A stretch of DNA of 64,000 bases, from positions 124,001 to 188,000 of the forward strand of contig CAXHJY010000708.1 of NCBI GenBank assembly GCA_964016885.1, in the 5' to 3' direction. The notes under the pieces are model-generated. The model was not told the DNA's origin. It ran no database searches and saw only the letters and a list, made by a program, of their open reading frames with translations. Made by a program: the position numbers and the translations under genes. Each line of letters begins with the position of its first letter. Positions within the stretch are counted from its first letter, which is position 1. Source of the DNA: Eledone cirrhosa. Taxonomy: Eukaryota. This document shows positions 13,315-25,900 of this stretch, one piece after another.

Positions 13315-16300
13315 CTATAGGCGCATGGTCAGAGTAGGCCCATTCACACGAGCCATTCTCGCCACATTCACCCACCTTTTAGCAAATGTACTGGGGGGCA
13401 GCACTTCTCTCTCCACCCTCACCCTCCTTTCCAGGTGAAACTTGAAGAAGTTGATGAGGGATTGGCCGAAGAGAAAAGTGTCTGTCTTTAGTCCTTTCAA
13501 CCTGGTCCACCATATAACCTCTTTCGCAACTGCCACCAGACAGGAAAATTTCCTGCTCTTCCTGACCTAAGGAAGGTGGCGGCTCGATCTTCACTATGGA
13601 CTCGGCCGATAGCCGGATTCGTTCCACACGCGACAGTAGCTGTTCGACATAACTCCACAAGTCAGTAATGCACGGACATTGGACAAGTGCGTGCAGAACG
13701 GTTTCGTCGTTCTGTGCGCATCTTGGGCAGGTCCGTCTGACAGCACTTCCGTGCCTGTAGAGTTTATCCCGAACCGGCAGTGCCCCCCGGTAGCACTGCC
13801 AAGCGAGGGATTTCTGGAAATTGTCCATCGTCCCCGGCTCAAAAGTCCTCCGGTACAGACTGGTCAGTTCGACTTCGTCGAGGCCCAAAGCTTCTCCGAG
13901 TGCGTCATCGCACTTGCCCACCACTAATCCTCTATAGAACTCGAGAGTGGAAGTTCCACTGATCGCATTGCCCGCTTGGTAGAGGGCAGTGAGTGCCTGG
14001 AAACATTCCAGGTGCCAGTCACCCAGTCTCGGTCTCTTCTTGACCCAGGACTGCAGCTCAGTCAAAGAAATGAGCTGCGGAAAGGCCTGTCTGATAAACG
14101 GCGACCATACCTGTTCACCATTGAGGCAGAATATCTGGAGATGTCGCAGCCTCAACGCATGTCTGCGCATCATTAGCCACGGCATGCCCAGCCCTCCGCG
14201 TAGAGGGTGCTGGCAGCAGATGGACCGCCTCACCAACGGAACTTGTCCCCTCCACAAGAATTTGAAGAGGAGCCGTTCCAACTTGACGAGGCGCGGACGG
14301 GGGCAAGGCACGACGGTTAGGCGGTAGTAGATGACGGACGCGATGTACGCATTCGCCACCTCCGCGCGACCTTTCAGTGATAGCTTCCTCCCAGCCCATT
14401 TTTGGGTGAGACTGGCTACTCTGCTCGTTACCTCGTCCCAATTCTTTTCCACCTGGAGGTCTGGTCCGAACCAAACCCCAAGCAACTTTACCGGTCCGTC
14501 CGTCCAGCGCCCCACGACGCTGTTGGACGGCATGGGCCTGCCTCTCCAGATTCCGAGCTGCAAGCCCACCGACTTTTCCGGGTTAAGTTTGGCTCCTGTC
14601 AACCTTTCATATTCCTTCAATAAGGTGCCGACCACCTCGATTTCTGAGGTGTTCGACACCATCACGGTGATGTCGTCCGCATAAGCCGACACCGCCTTTC
14701 CACGTCCCGGTTCGAGCGGGATGCCCTGCAACAGCTCCAGCTTCCGCAGTAAAGGCTCGAGAGTCAATACGTACAGAAGGGAAGAGAGAGGGCACCCTTG
14801 ACGGACCGATCGGGAGAGCCGAAATGGTTCCGAGAGGTGGCTATTAACCTTGACCACCGAGCGTGTGCCGCTGTACATTGCAACGATCCAGCTTCTAAAG
14901 ACAGAGCCGAAGCCAGCTGCTTTGAGGACAAACTCCAGATACCGATGGTCGACCCTATCGAATGCTTTCGATTGATCTAAATTGATCAGTGCCCCACCGA
15001 AGCCAGGTTTACACCCTACCCTCTCTATGATGTATCGCATGAGGTGGAGATTGTCGTGTATGGACCTGGCTGGGATTGCGCAAGTTTGCGCCTCCCCAAC
15101 CAAATCCTCGACGACGAGCGCCAATCTCTTTGCTAACACCTTGGCCAAAATCTTAAACTCTGTGTTGAGCAGAGTTATGGGCCTGAAGTTGTCTAATGTA
15201 TCCCTCTTGTTCTCGTCTTTCCTTATCAGCGTCACCACTCCCCTGCTCACAGAACTGGGAATACTCCCATTCTGCTGCCAGTTGCAGTAGAGTGCTTCGA
15301 GGAGTTCGGAGAACAAGTCTGGCATATTTACGTAAAGCTCGTAGGGCAGGCCATCCAAACCGGGTGACTTGCGCCTCATGCAGCCGACAAGGGCGTCCTG
15401 AATTTCGGCTGAAGTAATCGGCCTTTCGCAGCGCTCAGCGTCGACCGTCGAGATGCGCGGCAAGCCGTCAAGGTGGGGACTGAAATCCGCTACTCTCTCT
15501 GACTCGCCACTCTCCCTGAACAACCTAGCAAAGTGCTGGCGAAAGGCCTCACACATCCGCTTGGAATCGCTTATCTCGTGTCCGTCTCGGTCCGCCAAAG
15601 ACCGAATTGTGGTTTTATTACCACGCTGCGCCTCCACCACGCGGGCCCATCGAACAGCTTTAGTTCCCTCGTTTCTCAGCGCACACGCCTTAGCTCTGAC
15701 AATGCAACCTTCGTGTTTGGCATTGAAGAAATGGTCTAATGCCATTCTCGCCGCTAGCACGTCAGTTGCGATGCCACTACAAATAGCCTCGTCTAACTTA
15801 TCTACCAGCTCCCCCTCCTTTCTATTTTTCTCTAACGCTAGTTCTTTGCTGAAGTCTATCGAAGTTACTCTAATCTCTCTTTTGAGAGCCCCCCACCATC
15901 TGTTGTTGATGATCCCCCCTGTCAACTTTTGCTTAACTAAATTGTTGACTCGGTCCCTGTAAGCGTTATGTGCCGGAAATGACATGTTCAGCTTCCAGTA
16001 ACCCGGTCCTAACCTACGCGTTTTTTTTAGGTCGACCGTACAGATCACAAATTTGTGATCTGAATAGGCGACCGTTTTAAAAAGTGGACAGCCCACACTA
16101 TTTCTATCTATTTTCCTAATGAAGATCCTGTCTATATACGATCTAGATGACCCATTCGGTTGGTCCATGTCCATACTGGCACATTGGGGAAATCTAGTCG
16201 ATACCTGTCAGACAGTTGGAACTGGCTGAGTAGGTGCTTGAGGCTTTTGCACCCCCCGCTCCTATCGGCTACTCCCACACAATCCCAGCGTGCGTCTAAG

Positions 16301-16734
16301 ATGCCATTCCAGTCCCCCGTTAACAGTAAAGGGCGAGACGTACCCATAAAGGTCTCCAGGCGCCTAAAGAAGTCAGGTCGTCCGGCCCCTGTAGGGGCAT
16401 AGACGGCCAGCAGTCTAAAGGCACCACCTTCGCTACTGCTCACATCCAAGACCACCAACTTACCGTCCGGGTCCCGGAAGATCGACCTTACCTCGAGATC
16501 CAGTCCTTTCCTTAACAGCACTGCCACTCCACCCCCCATTCCCGGTCTGCTAACAGATGCGAAGATCTGATAGTCGTCGAAAATGGGGGCTAGTGCGCGC
16601 GTGTCGGAAATTCTGGTCTCGTTTGCGGCAATCACATCCATTTCCAGCGACCGGAGGTCGTTGAGCAGGCGACCCTGCTTCCAGGGTGACCCCAGGCCGC
16701 GAACATTTAAACTTCCTACTCTTAATATGGCCAT
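13315..16734 (-). pseudogene. LINE ORF2 (APE endonuclease + reverse transcriptase + zinc finger) with two frameshifts
   Basis: APE motifs SLNVRGL, NETR, VYAP, GDWN, IDRIF and SDH; RT motifs KSPGLDGL, FRPITLLN, LDQSKAFDRVDH, RQGCPLS and YADD; C-terminal CPRC..ETVLHALVQC. Frameshifts lie near 16150 and 13540. Confidence 0.93.
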
Positions 16735-16743
16735 ATTGGTAAG

Positions 16744-18708
16744 CTAAGAGAGAGAGAGGGAAGCTTTACTTACCTCCCGGGTCTTGTGAAGGTCGGGTGG
16801 TTCGACCTCCATGGTTGGTGGACTTTCTTTTGGGAACCCCTTTAAAAGTCTTGATGTGGGTTTCACATTCGGGGTTCCCACGTCTTGAGGAAAGCTCTCT
16901 CGAATTTCTTTAAAGGAATTGAGTGACATTCGGACCAGAAGCAAATCTTCTGGCACGCAAAATGTGCTCATTTCAAAAATCTCTCCCTCTGTTTGAATGT
17001 CCTCGCTTCGCGCTAAGAGGGCCATCAGTTTATCGTTTGCCCTTCTGACAAGCACGAAGTTTTTAACATTTTGTTGGTGTGGTTTTATTTGTTTTCGTTT
17101 TGGTGAAGGTGGTGGCGAAGGTTTTGGTGGTGTTGTTTCGGGTATGTCTATGTTTGTTGCAGGTGTGGTGTCTGCAATTTCAGGTATTTGTGTGTTTATT
17201 TGTACTTGTGTTTGTTTAGGTTGTTTGCGTTTCGGGGATTGTGGAGGTGGTGTCGATGTAGCTGTTGGTGATGATGTTATTGGGGAAGTGTTTGCGTTAG
17301 TGGTGTCTGTATTTTTTGTTGTGTGTGTTTTCGTGTTTTGTTGGGGCTTTTTTTTTTTTTGAGTTTTCTCTGTTTTTTTGCACTTTTGGGTGTTCTTTCA
17401 TCTTCGCTGCTGGAAGACAAAAGGGCTGTGTCTGTGAGTGTCTCTGTGTCTGTGTGTGCGTTTATTGTTTTGTCTATGTGTATAATTGGGGGGGGGGGGA
17501 GTGGGAGAGCTTTCCTCGTTTTCTCCTTGGATTGGTTTTGGTGTTGGTGGTGATCCGGCTGCTTTTGATGTTGGTGTCCGTGTTTTTGTTGATGTTGTTT
17601 TTGGTGGTGGTTGTGGTGGTGCAGCTTTCCGTGCTGACACTGGCGTTGGCAACAAAGGAGGTTTGCGACCCCCTGCATTTTTGCGCTGAGGGCAGAAGGC
17701 TTGAAGATGCGTTGCTTCCTCGCAGACAAAGCAGCGTGGCCTTCTTCCATCAATCATTAGTTGGATTGTTGTCCCATCCTGCAGGCGGGCAAAATCCGGG
17801 ATGTTATTCATATCCTCCAGTTTCATTTGGAGAAGAATCTCCAAATCCATTCCGGACCAGTCCTCTCTCTCTGTCCTTTTGATGTCTAGGAGGGCAGTGT
17901 CTGTCCCCTCCTCGATTACGCATCCCAGCAGCCACCATATGTTCATTCCTGGTGGGATGCTGGGAATGCGTACCTTCACTGTCCTTTTACCCATATAGGA
18001 CGGATGCATGATAATGCGTTCCGTTCTGCAGGGGGTCACCGAGTGCTTAATAGCGAGGGCCTCGGTTTTGAACAGTACCGAGATGGTACCGAACTGTTTG
18101 CCTCTTGCTTTTTACTCTATGTTACTTCCGATGTACTCCAAAGCAGCCTCTACCTCTGCTTGGCTCGCAAGTTCCACTTTTCGTGTCTGCACCGAAATAC
18201 ATCGAAAGAGCACCGCCCTCCTTTGCATGGCCGCTATTTCCCCGTCGGGGATGGTCAGGTTTGCCCAGGACTTCTCCCGTTTAATTAGCCTCCACGCTTT
18301 GGCCAACTGTTCGTCTTTATCGCTAATATCAATATCAATATTCAATAAGCGCTTTGTTTTTGCTGCTGCTGCAGCAAATGTGGTGTTTCTGATGCTCTTA
18401 TTGTTGTTGTTGTCATTCTTGCTGTTGCCACCGCCATCCTTGTTTACATTGAAGCTGTCGGTGTTATTGTCGTTATTGCTCTGAGTTGTTGTTGTGGTGG
18501 TGGTGGCGGTGATGGTGATGTCGTTTTCAGATGATACTGCTGCTATGGCAGAAGGTTGTGATGGTAGCTTTTGAGTTTTGCCTTCACATTCAGTAGAGTG
18601 GATGACAGGCATGACTGTAGCCGTCGTAGCCGTGGTGAAATCTACAGTGGCTGCCTTTAAACTTTTGACCTGAACGTTGTTTACCGTTTCAAGGTCGAAA
18701 ATTTCCAT
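16744..18708 (-). pseudogene. LINE ORF1 (gag-like, CCHC zinc knuckle), disrupted
   Basis: ORFs 18112-18708 and 17398-18039 are in frame across a single TAA. The knuckle is RPRCFVCEEATHLQAFCP. Frame changes occur at the G run near 17490 and the T run near 17350. ORF1 ends 9 bp before the ORF2 ATG. Confidence 0.8.
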
Positions 18709-19365
18709 AATTTTCTTTTGGTGGGGAAGCGATTTTTTTCGAAGTTTTTTAAAATAAATCTGAATATTCGGGCTTAAAGCCCGAATATTGAGAGGTATCC
18801 CTCTCTTTAAATCAAGATGTGTACCTTAAGTTTCGTTAACGAGAAGAAAATACAAAAAAATGACACTTTAAAACAGCTTAAAGTTACGAACCTTTTCCCC
18901 CGCAGACTTGTCTGTCTTCATACATGTGCGGCCATAATAATAATAATAATAATAACAACAACAAATAACAAGATAGCTTTCTCAATATTAATACAAAAGA
19001 AACACCATGAAAGATGAAAGGGGCATTAACGGAACGGGCGATGCTTTATAACGATTTCAAAGGAATAATATGTAGATAACAGAGTAGTTGAGGGTTTGGT
19101 GGTGTTTCTAAGCTTTGTAAGACTCCGATAAATGACAGAACCACACTTCCCTACACCGATAGAAAGAAGACAGTGAACATATTACATTTAATGATCGGCT
19201 AAATAGATGGAACAATGGAGATATATTTTTCACAACGAAAGATGTACAGAAGAAATGATTGAGAATCAAGCAATCTGACTCCTGCATATACTGTATGGTG
19301 GAAATATGGTGAAGTTATTTAAGGAGAGTAGAACATAAATTCTACATTAGTTCAAGTTACCTTAA

Positions 19366-19586
19366 CCCTTTGGCATTTAAACCGGCCGTATCCGGCCAGA
19401 ATTCTCTCACCTTTTTCTGTTCAAACCGGCCGTAACTGGCCACTCACACTGATGTTAAGGTATTGTTCTCAAAATAAATAATATCAAAATCTCATAGATT
19501 CGATATTATGAGAGATATGTGAGATAAAGTCTTTACCATAAAAATACAATAGTTTATATATATATAGTAATGTAAATGCTAAAGGG
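19366..19586. mobile_element. piggyBac-like MITE
   Basis: TTAA-CCCTTTGGCATT...AATGCTAAAGGG-TTAA: terminal inverted repeats with a TTAA TSD. A second copy is at 33740-33959. Confidence 0.8.
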
Positions 19587-19899
19587 TTAAGGCATATTGA
19601 TAACTGAGGTCACTAGCAGTCTGGATGTGCTGAGCTGATAGTCAAAGTTATGAAGTGCTCTCATTCTCCTGAAGAGTGTATATTTGAATTGACATTAACA
19701 TCCCTAGCTTCAAATAACCTTCAACTATAAAAACAAACAACAACAAACAACAACACACAATTCAAAGTTAACTACTCAACATCCTTATTATCAATTAAAA
19801 ATCTACTTCATAATGTCACATCCACAGCCCTGGCAACTTTGCGTCACTGATTTCCTTAACGTTGTACTTTACGTGTTTGAGCTGTTTGCCAAACCATTG

Positions 19900-19995
19900 T
19901 TAACCTTGCCTTTCATCCTTACGGGGTCGATAAAATAAAGTACCAGTAATACACTGGGTAATTGCTGGCCTTGTGCCTAACGTAGAAACAATTAT
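19900..19995 (+). mobile_element. 5'-truncated family A SINE
   Basis: gcctttcatccttacggggtcgataaaataaagtaccag...gtagaaacaatta. Confidence 0.85.
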
Positions 19996-21027
19996 TAACC
20001 TGCAAGTTAACGAATAAGTTATTCAATATTTAGCCCCAATTTCGAAAATCCTCAAAGAAAATCTTTTTATTATTTTTTAACATTTATATAATTTCTTTAA
20101 TGAAACAATAAATGAGTAACTGCATGAACGAATGACTATAAAATAACTAGAAAAACACAGTTATTGAATGTTTCGCTGGAATTGAAATTATTACTTTCAT
20201 CCTTTTCAATTTTGTCTGCCATAATATCTTTTACCCGCATCCACCAAGTGAAGAAACACTGCAAATTCATCTACTGTAATTATGATTTTCATAACCTACT
20301 CCATTGCATGCAGGATTGCAGATGTTTATCATAAGCCCACATTTCAGTGTCCAAAAACTCACGAATGCATAAATAATGTCCTCATTACCAAGCCAAGAAT
20401 GTTGAGAAATTATCCATATTTTAATATCTGAAATTCTCTTTGGAACGTTTGTATAAGTTTGTAAGTTTTTCCTTAGTCAATTTAGTCATCCCCCGCCTCT
20501 TGGGTATCGTTGCCCTTGCAGTAGCATAGCTGGAGAAAAGCAATCCGCCCAGAGCAGCATTTGTATGTTTTATGTGTGTTGTACAGTTTTAGTGGAGAGA
20601 GGATGTCAAACTCAAGGTCGAAACAAACTATACCCATGTCCATAATTATCCCCAACATAATATGATGTTAGACTTCCTTCTAATAGCATTATCTAATCAG
20701 AGAAACAACATTGGGTGCCCAACGTAGCTACAATCGCCTTTATAGCTTTAAATATGTATATAAACTACAAAACATTAATATAAAGCATTAGTAGTAAATA
20801 AAGAAAAAATAGTAATGACAAATTGCTCTGTTCCATTCACCTATATCTCGAAATACGTTCAGCTTAATTGAGAGCCGGGACTGTTGAAATGGTCCATTTG
20901 CTAGTATTAGGTCAATTGTGGATGTTACATCGATCAGAAGTCAAGATAAAGCTTTTGGACGAAGTACTGATCACTGTTATTTAGTGATATAAATATATAC
21001 TAATGAAAGGTATTACAGAACTGAGGT

Positions 21028-21700
21028 TGTAGCTTGGCTAAATGGTTAAGAAGTTCACTTTGAAATTATTAGGTCTCGCGTTCAATTCCACTGCGTGACA
21101 ACATGTCATATGAGGGGAAACTGGTGCAGTCTGCGACTAACCCAGGTTCTGCTGCACGTCGGGCTGAGGAAGCCAAACTCTTCAAATACCGGTCGCTCTC
21201 CGACAGGTTTGCGATTGTACCCTTGGCAGTGGAGACTTCTGGGCGTCCTTGGCCCTAGGGCTACCTCCCTACTCACCACCATAGGCGCTGAGCTGGCCAG
21301 CCGCAGGTCTGAGCCTCGCGAGCTGGAATGGCTTTTCCAGCGCGTCTCCCTTGCTGTCCTCCGAGGAAACGCCTTCTCCATTCTGTCCGCCGGGGCTGTG
21401 GGGAGGCCACCAATATGATTGACTGACTTGTCATTTTATCAGTCAGATGTTCTGTACTCTCATATATCTGTTACACCAATAACATCCTCACTTGTATATA
21501 AATTGTCTTGGTCTTTATACCTTAGCTTATACAATCAATGGCAACCAGTCGGACGGGCTGTACTTGTAATTCAAAATACCAGTCATGTCTCATATTGTGT
21601 CACATTGAATCTCCCTGAGAATTTTGTCAGAGATGCACGTAATGCCTAGCCATTTACACGTTAAATCACGAGCAGGCTGTTCCATTGATCGAACAACTGA
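21028..21700 (+). mobile_element. Family B SINE interrupted by a CRE-like fragment
   Basis: tRNA-like head at 21028-21100 (tggctaaatgg; gttcaattcc) and body at about 21535-21700. Confidence 0.6.
21118..21415 (+). mobile_element. 3' fragment of a CRE-like RLE retrotransposon
   Basis: Encodes LGPRATSLLTTIGAELASRRSEPRELEWLFQRVSLAVLRGNAFSILSA, nearly identical to the 58644-59267 copy. Confidence 0.8.
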
Positions 21701-22224
21701 CTAATAGACTACTAACTACTGGTGACCAGAGTCATGTTTTTACTGCTCATCTAAGGCGCGTTTCATTTTTGTTTCAACCCTTGTACAATATTTGACTTCA
21801 GTTTTTTGTGATCTTTTCAGGTATTTATTTTTTCTTCTTTTTCTTTTACCTGTCCCAATGGCCCACAGAGCATTGTCCAAAGGTTCATATAGCCAATTCG
21901 TTTCTATCCAAAATCATTACATTCGTTTATTAGAAGCAGGCTGTTTTTTCTTTTATTTGGATGTCACGACCCAATCAAAACAAATTACGTGCGCCCTTAT
22001 AATCCATCAAATACAGCAATCCTGATTTAATAACTTATTTTCAACCTTAACGAAAAAATTTGATTCTTTTCTTTCCCTACTTTTTCTAGAGAGATTTACA
22101 TGTTCATTGTCTAGGAATTCCCAACAGTATTAGAATTTGATGTTGTCTATGGACCCTGTTTCAGAATAAAGAAATATATATATATATAGTGAAAAATTGA
22201 ACGGGAACAAAACAGAGAGGCAGT

Positions 22225-23115
22225 ACATATATATATATATATATATATATTTATCCTTATCGAGCCCTCTTTGGATTTTAGTCTTCAAATATATTATTAT
22301 TACTATATATATATATATATATATATATAGTAATAATAATAAATTTGAAGACTAAAATCCAAAGGGGGCTCGATAAGGATAAATATATATCAAATATAAC
22401 TTTAATCTGTTATTTTAAGAAATATATATATATATATATATCAATGATGGTTGGAAGATCACTGATGAAGGTCTAACTTTATTCATATGTAACCCACTAG
22501 CAACGCCGCAGCACGTTTATTTTCATATTTACACATATTTTTCCCCTCTGTTACACGTCTATTTCGTTCTTACTGCTTCCTCTTTCTCTGTATCTTTACC
22601 CTCTCTAGCAGTCATTCTCTCTGTTAGCCTCTTCCTCACCCTTCACTCACTCATTCTCTGTTACTACCTCTCCTCCTCCTCCCTGTTTGACCTGTGCGTA
22701 ATTCTTTTCTTTCGCACTCTTGGCCTAGCAGGTCGTTCTTTTTCTCTCTCTCGTCTACGATTTCACAGAACTCACGTTCACCGAAATCACAGACTTCTTC
22801 CTCCCGTTAGACCTGTACGGAATTCCTTCCTTGCTTACATTCCAGCCAGGTTTGATGGTCTTTATTCTCTCTCGTTCACGATTTCACCGAACTTAAATTC
22901 ATAGAAATTTGGGACTTGACTTCTTCTTCCTCACTTTTCGTTGCTCACCATTTTTGTTGTTTACACTCTTGTCCCCTTTATTTACGTGTCCCAACGACTT
23001 TTTTTAGCCGTTGCTCGCACCAACCGGAGGTATATGGTCTTTAAAGCGATGAAATACCAATGATGGTTGGAAGATCACTGATGAAGGACTAACTTTATTC
23101 ATATATATATATATA
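22225..23115 (+). mobile_element. Probable Penelope-like element remnant
   Basis: A ~47-bp direct repeat (caatgatggttggaagatcaCTGATGAagg.ctaactttattcatat) lies at 22442 and 23058, with (TA)n flanks and a truncated hammerhead core. Confidence 0.5.
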
Positions 23116-23935
23116 AACTCATTTTAATATAAACACAAGTAAAAATAGAGAAAAGAAAACAGTTAATAAAAGAAAGGAACGTTTTTTTATTTAACTGTAT
23201 ACTCTATCAATCATTTCAGAGCGTTTTTATCTCATCCTGTACTTCGAAATATAACAAGTTTTTAAACCTAGTTTCATTGAAGAACGCGGGTGTTGTCTCG
23301 CAATAACGATTACAAGAAACATCACGACAACCATTTCATTGTCTCGCATGTTGAGAGAGCGACTGGTCTTGCTATGGCATATGTTGTGCACACCGAAGTC
23401 TTTCTTATTTGTCTTAAAGAAAAAAAAGAAACAACATCCTGCTGTTATTGCTGCTGTTGCTTCTGCTGTCAACCAGCAGCAGTAGCAACAGTAGCAGCAG
23501 GCCAATACGTCTACATATATATTAATGAGAAAAACAGAGTTTTTGTTGAAAATGAGTGTTTACATTTCTGACGGAAAATATCCACTTCCTACAAATTTCA
23601 ATGAAATAAAAGATTTATTTGGTAAAAAGAAAGAAAAAAGAATAAAGAATACAAAACCCACAAATTTGGTGAGAGTGGAGTTGTGTAGCTAGAGTCAGCC
23701 GCGAGTCTGCAAACATATGGCACGTAGGTTATCAACGGAAAGAATATTCGTAGCTCGTTCGACCAGCTAGATATAGTAGCCAAACTTCCCTCAATCATCT
23801 CCCTATCGTCTAAAACATATTAAACTGAAATCGAACTAGTACTTGATTGGTACTTAATTTATCAACCTCATAGTGATGAAAGACAAAATCGACCTCGGTA
23901 GGAATAATCAGAACGTTACATGATGCGATTCAAAT

Positions 23936-24109
23936 AATTGTTTCTACTTTTGGCACAAGGCCATCAATTACCCAGTACATTACTGGTACTTTATTTTATC
24001 GACCCCGTAAGGATGAAAGGCAAAGTTAACCTCGGCGGGATTTGACCGCAAAGGGACGTAACTATGCTGGAAAGCATGGCGTCCGACCCTCTACCGATAC
24101 TGCCAATCC
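23936..24109 (-). mobile_element. Family A SINE
   Basis: Near full-length reverse complement of the consensus seen in this window. Confidence 0.88.
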
Positions 24110-25750
24110 AAATGTTTTGTAACTTCATGTTGTTGTTTTAGCCGATAAACTGTAGTTTCTTTGAATACGGCATATACAAGTTTAGGGAAGAGAAATTGAA
24201 AGTAGTGACACACATACTTTGCCCTGGGAGGCAGTGACTATGCCAGTATTGCTGAACTATTTTGTAGAGTCAAAGGTTAAGTGATCTTTATTTGGTTAAA
24301 CATAGAAAAAGAAAGCAATATTGGAAAGGACTATAAAGGCCATAAAAAATTAAGCGGTTTAAGTGAAGTCATATATGACTTGAAACCGAATCACAAATGC
24401 GGTGAACTTCTTATCCTCAGCCAAAATGGCAACAGATACGGTGCGAAACAGCCAGAAACACACGATCGGGTGAAGAGGAGACACATTTGGTACTTAGACG
24501 ACATAAAGGTGGTAACATGAACGAGACAAACAACTCTATGGTCATTAACCGTCGAAATGGACTTAAACAGTTTCAACCACCGATAGACAGAACTGCTAAT
24601 TCATTCAAGCTCACAGTATCTAATAAGATAATTAAACACTTTTCTGGAGCATTTTAAAGGACGGAGAACGAAATGAAAACAGTATAGAACGATAAAGTGC
24701 ATAAAAACAAAAACAGAACAGGATTTACCTGAAATTACTGGCGAACAAAGTGTAACGAGAAACAGAAAGGTCAGTTTAACCCAGAGACAAAAAACAAGAA
24801 TCACCTCGTTGAGCTGTTAATTTCTTATTCTAACGATCTTTATTAGTGTCTTTTTTTTTTTAGATACAAAACTTTATATTTTTTAACGAATAGATGATCT
24901 GGCAATATTCTGTTTTATTCCAAACAACCCGAGCAACACAGGCGGAGTGAAGTGACTAGAACATGAATCTTAATGCCACATACTGTTCAGAGTTCAAATC
25001 CCGCCTTGGCCGACTATGATTTTTATCTCACTGGTGTCAATAGAATAAGTAGCAGCAATTATATCGACCGTACCACTTCTACTTTGTAAAATTGTGGTTA
25101 TGTGTCAATATAAGAAATCATGCTATATGTATCGCTATATTAGATTTTGTAACGTAGCTAGCCAAGCTCTCTATCGACTTTCTATTAATCTCCCCCCCAA
25201 CCTCTCTCATATACATACAATATTTTGTATGTATTTGATTTATCTAACTCGACAACACCCGAAGGGGCCGTTATAAAAAGGGAAATCGTATCTTACAACC
25301 TGACCCAGCAGTATTCTTACAAATGGAATAAACCTTCGTCGGTTTCAATGATGAGTGTTTAGCAGTATGAAAGTTGAATAGTTGCCACTTTAACAGGGTA
25401 GATGATTGAAGGTCGTTAGTTGCCAGTGTGGTAAGTGATAGTATCCTCGTTGGATTATCTTGTCGACATAGACGTGAGGGAAGGTCCCTCGATCTATTTA
25501 CCATCTTAGTATTTACAATATTCCTTTCGTCAGGTCGCCAATTCCAGCAGCATGGATTATAGATGTTATTGAGACACGAGTAACATAATAATGATTTCAA
25601 CAGCAGAAATTAGAGATTAAATGTATGTTTATTTTTGATGTAGCACAAACAATGTTTGTTAACTTATATGGTTGAAGTTACAGATAAAAAGAGATTACAA
25701 AAGGGAATGTGCCATTGCGCCGGAAAGCCGGCGAGGCTAGGGTGCAATAT

Positions 25751-25900
25751 CTCACCGTTACATTATGCGTGTTGCTGGTTCGAAGTTTCTGGTACAAGAG
25801 AGAGATTCTTCAAATCCTCGCGGGGAATTTCTTCCTCAGGGCGCGTAGGGATACATCCTCTTCTACTGGCGCTGATTGGCTGAACTGAGCCAAATCACGC
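25751..25900 (-). promoter_or_regulatory. Candidate promoter and first non-coding exon of a minus-strand transcript
   Basis: Local CpG-rich island, an AGCCAATCAG CCAAT box on the minus strand at about 25872-25881, and a donor-like ACG|GTGAGA at 25756/25755. No coding exons were identified. Confidence 0.35.

Larger units (their letters stand above)
13031..18933 (-). mobile_element. Near full-length L1-clade (Tx1-like) LINE
   Basis: Contains a 5' UTR, an ORF1 with a CCHC knuckle, an ORF2 with APE, RT and C-terminal CCHC domains, and a 3' UTR ending in AATAAA. (TAA)n flanks both ends. Confidence 0.93.

Noticed and set aside
13594-18484. Many overlapping antisense and alternate-frame ORFs
   Set aside because: Shadow ORFs of the GC-richer LINE coding sequence.
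18880-18933. HDV-like ribozyme at the LINE 5' end (GGCCGCA...)
   Set aside because: Only 5 bp of P1 could be formed, and no P2/P3 pseudoknot was found.
25271-25600. 109-aa minus-strand ORF near the promoter-like island
   Set aside because: Non-ATG start, no recognisable domain and no convincing splice acceptor.
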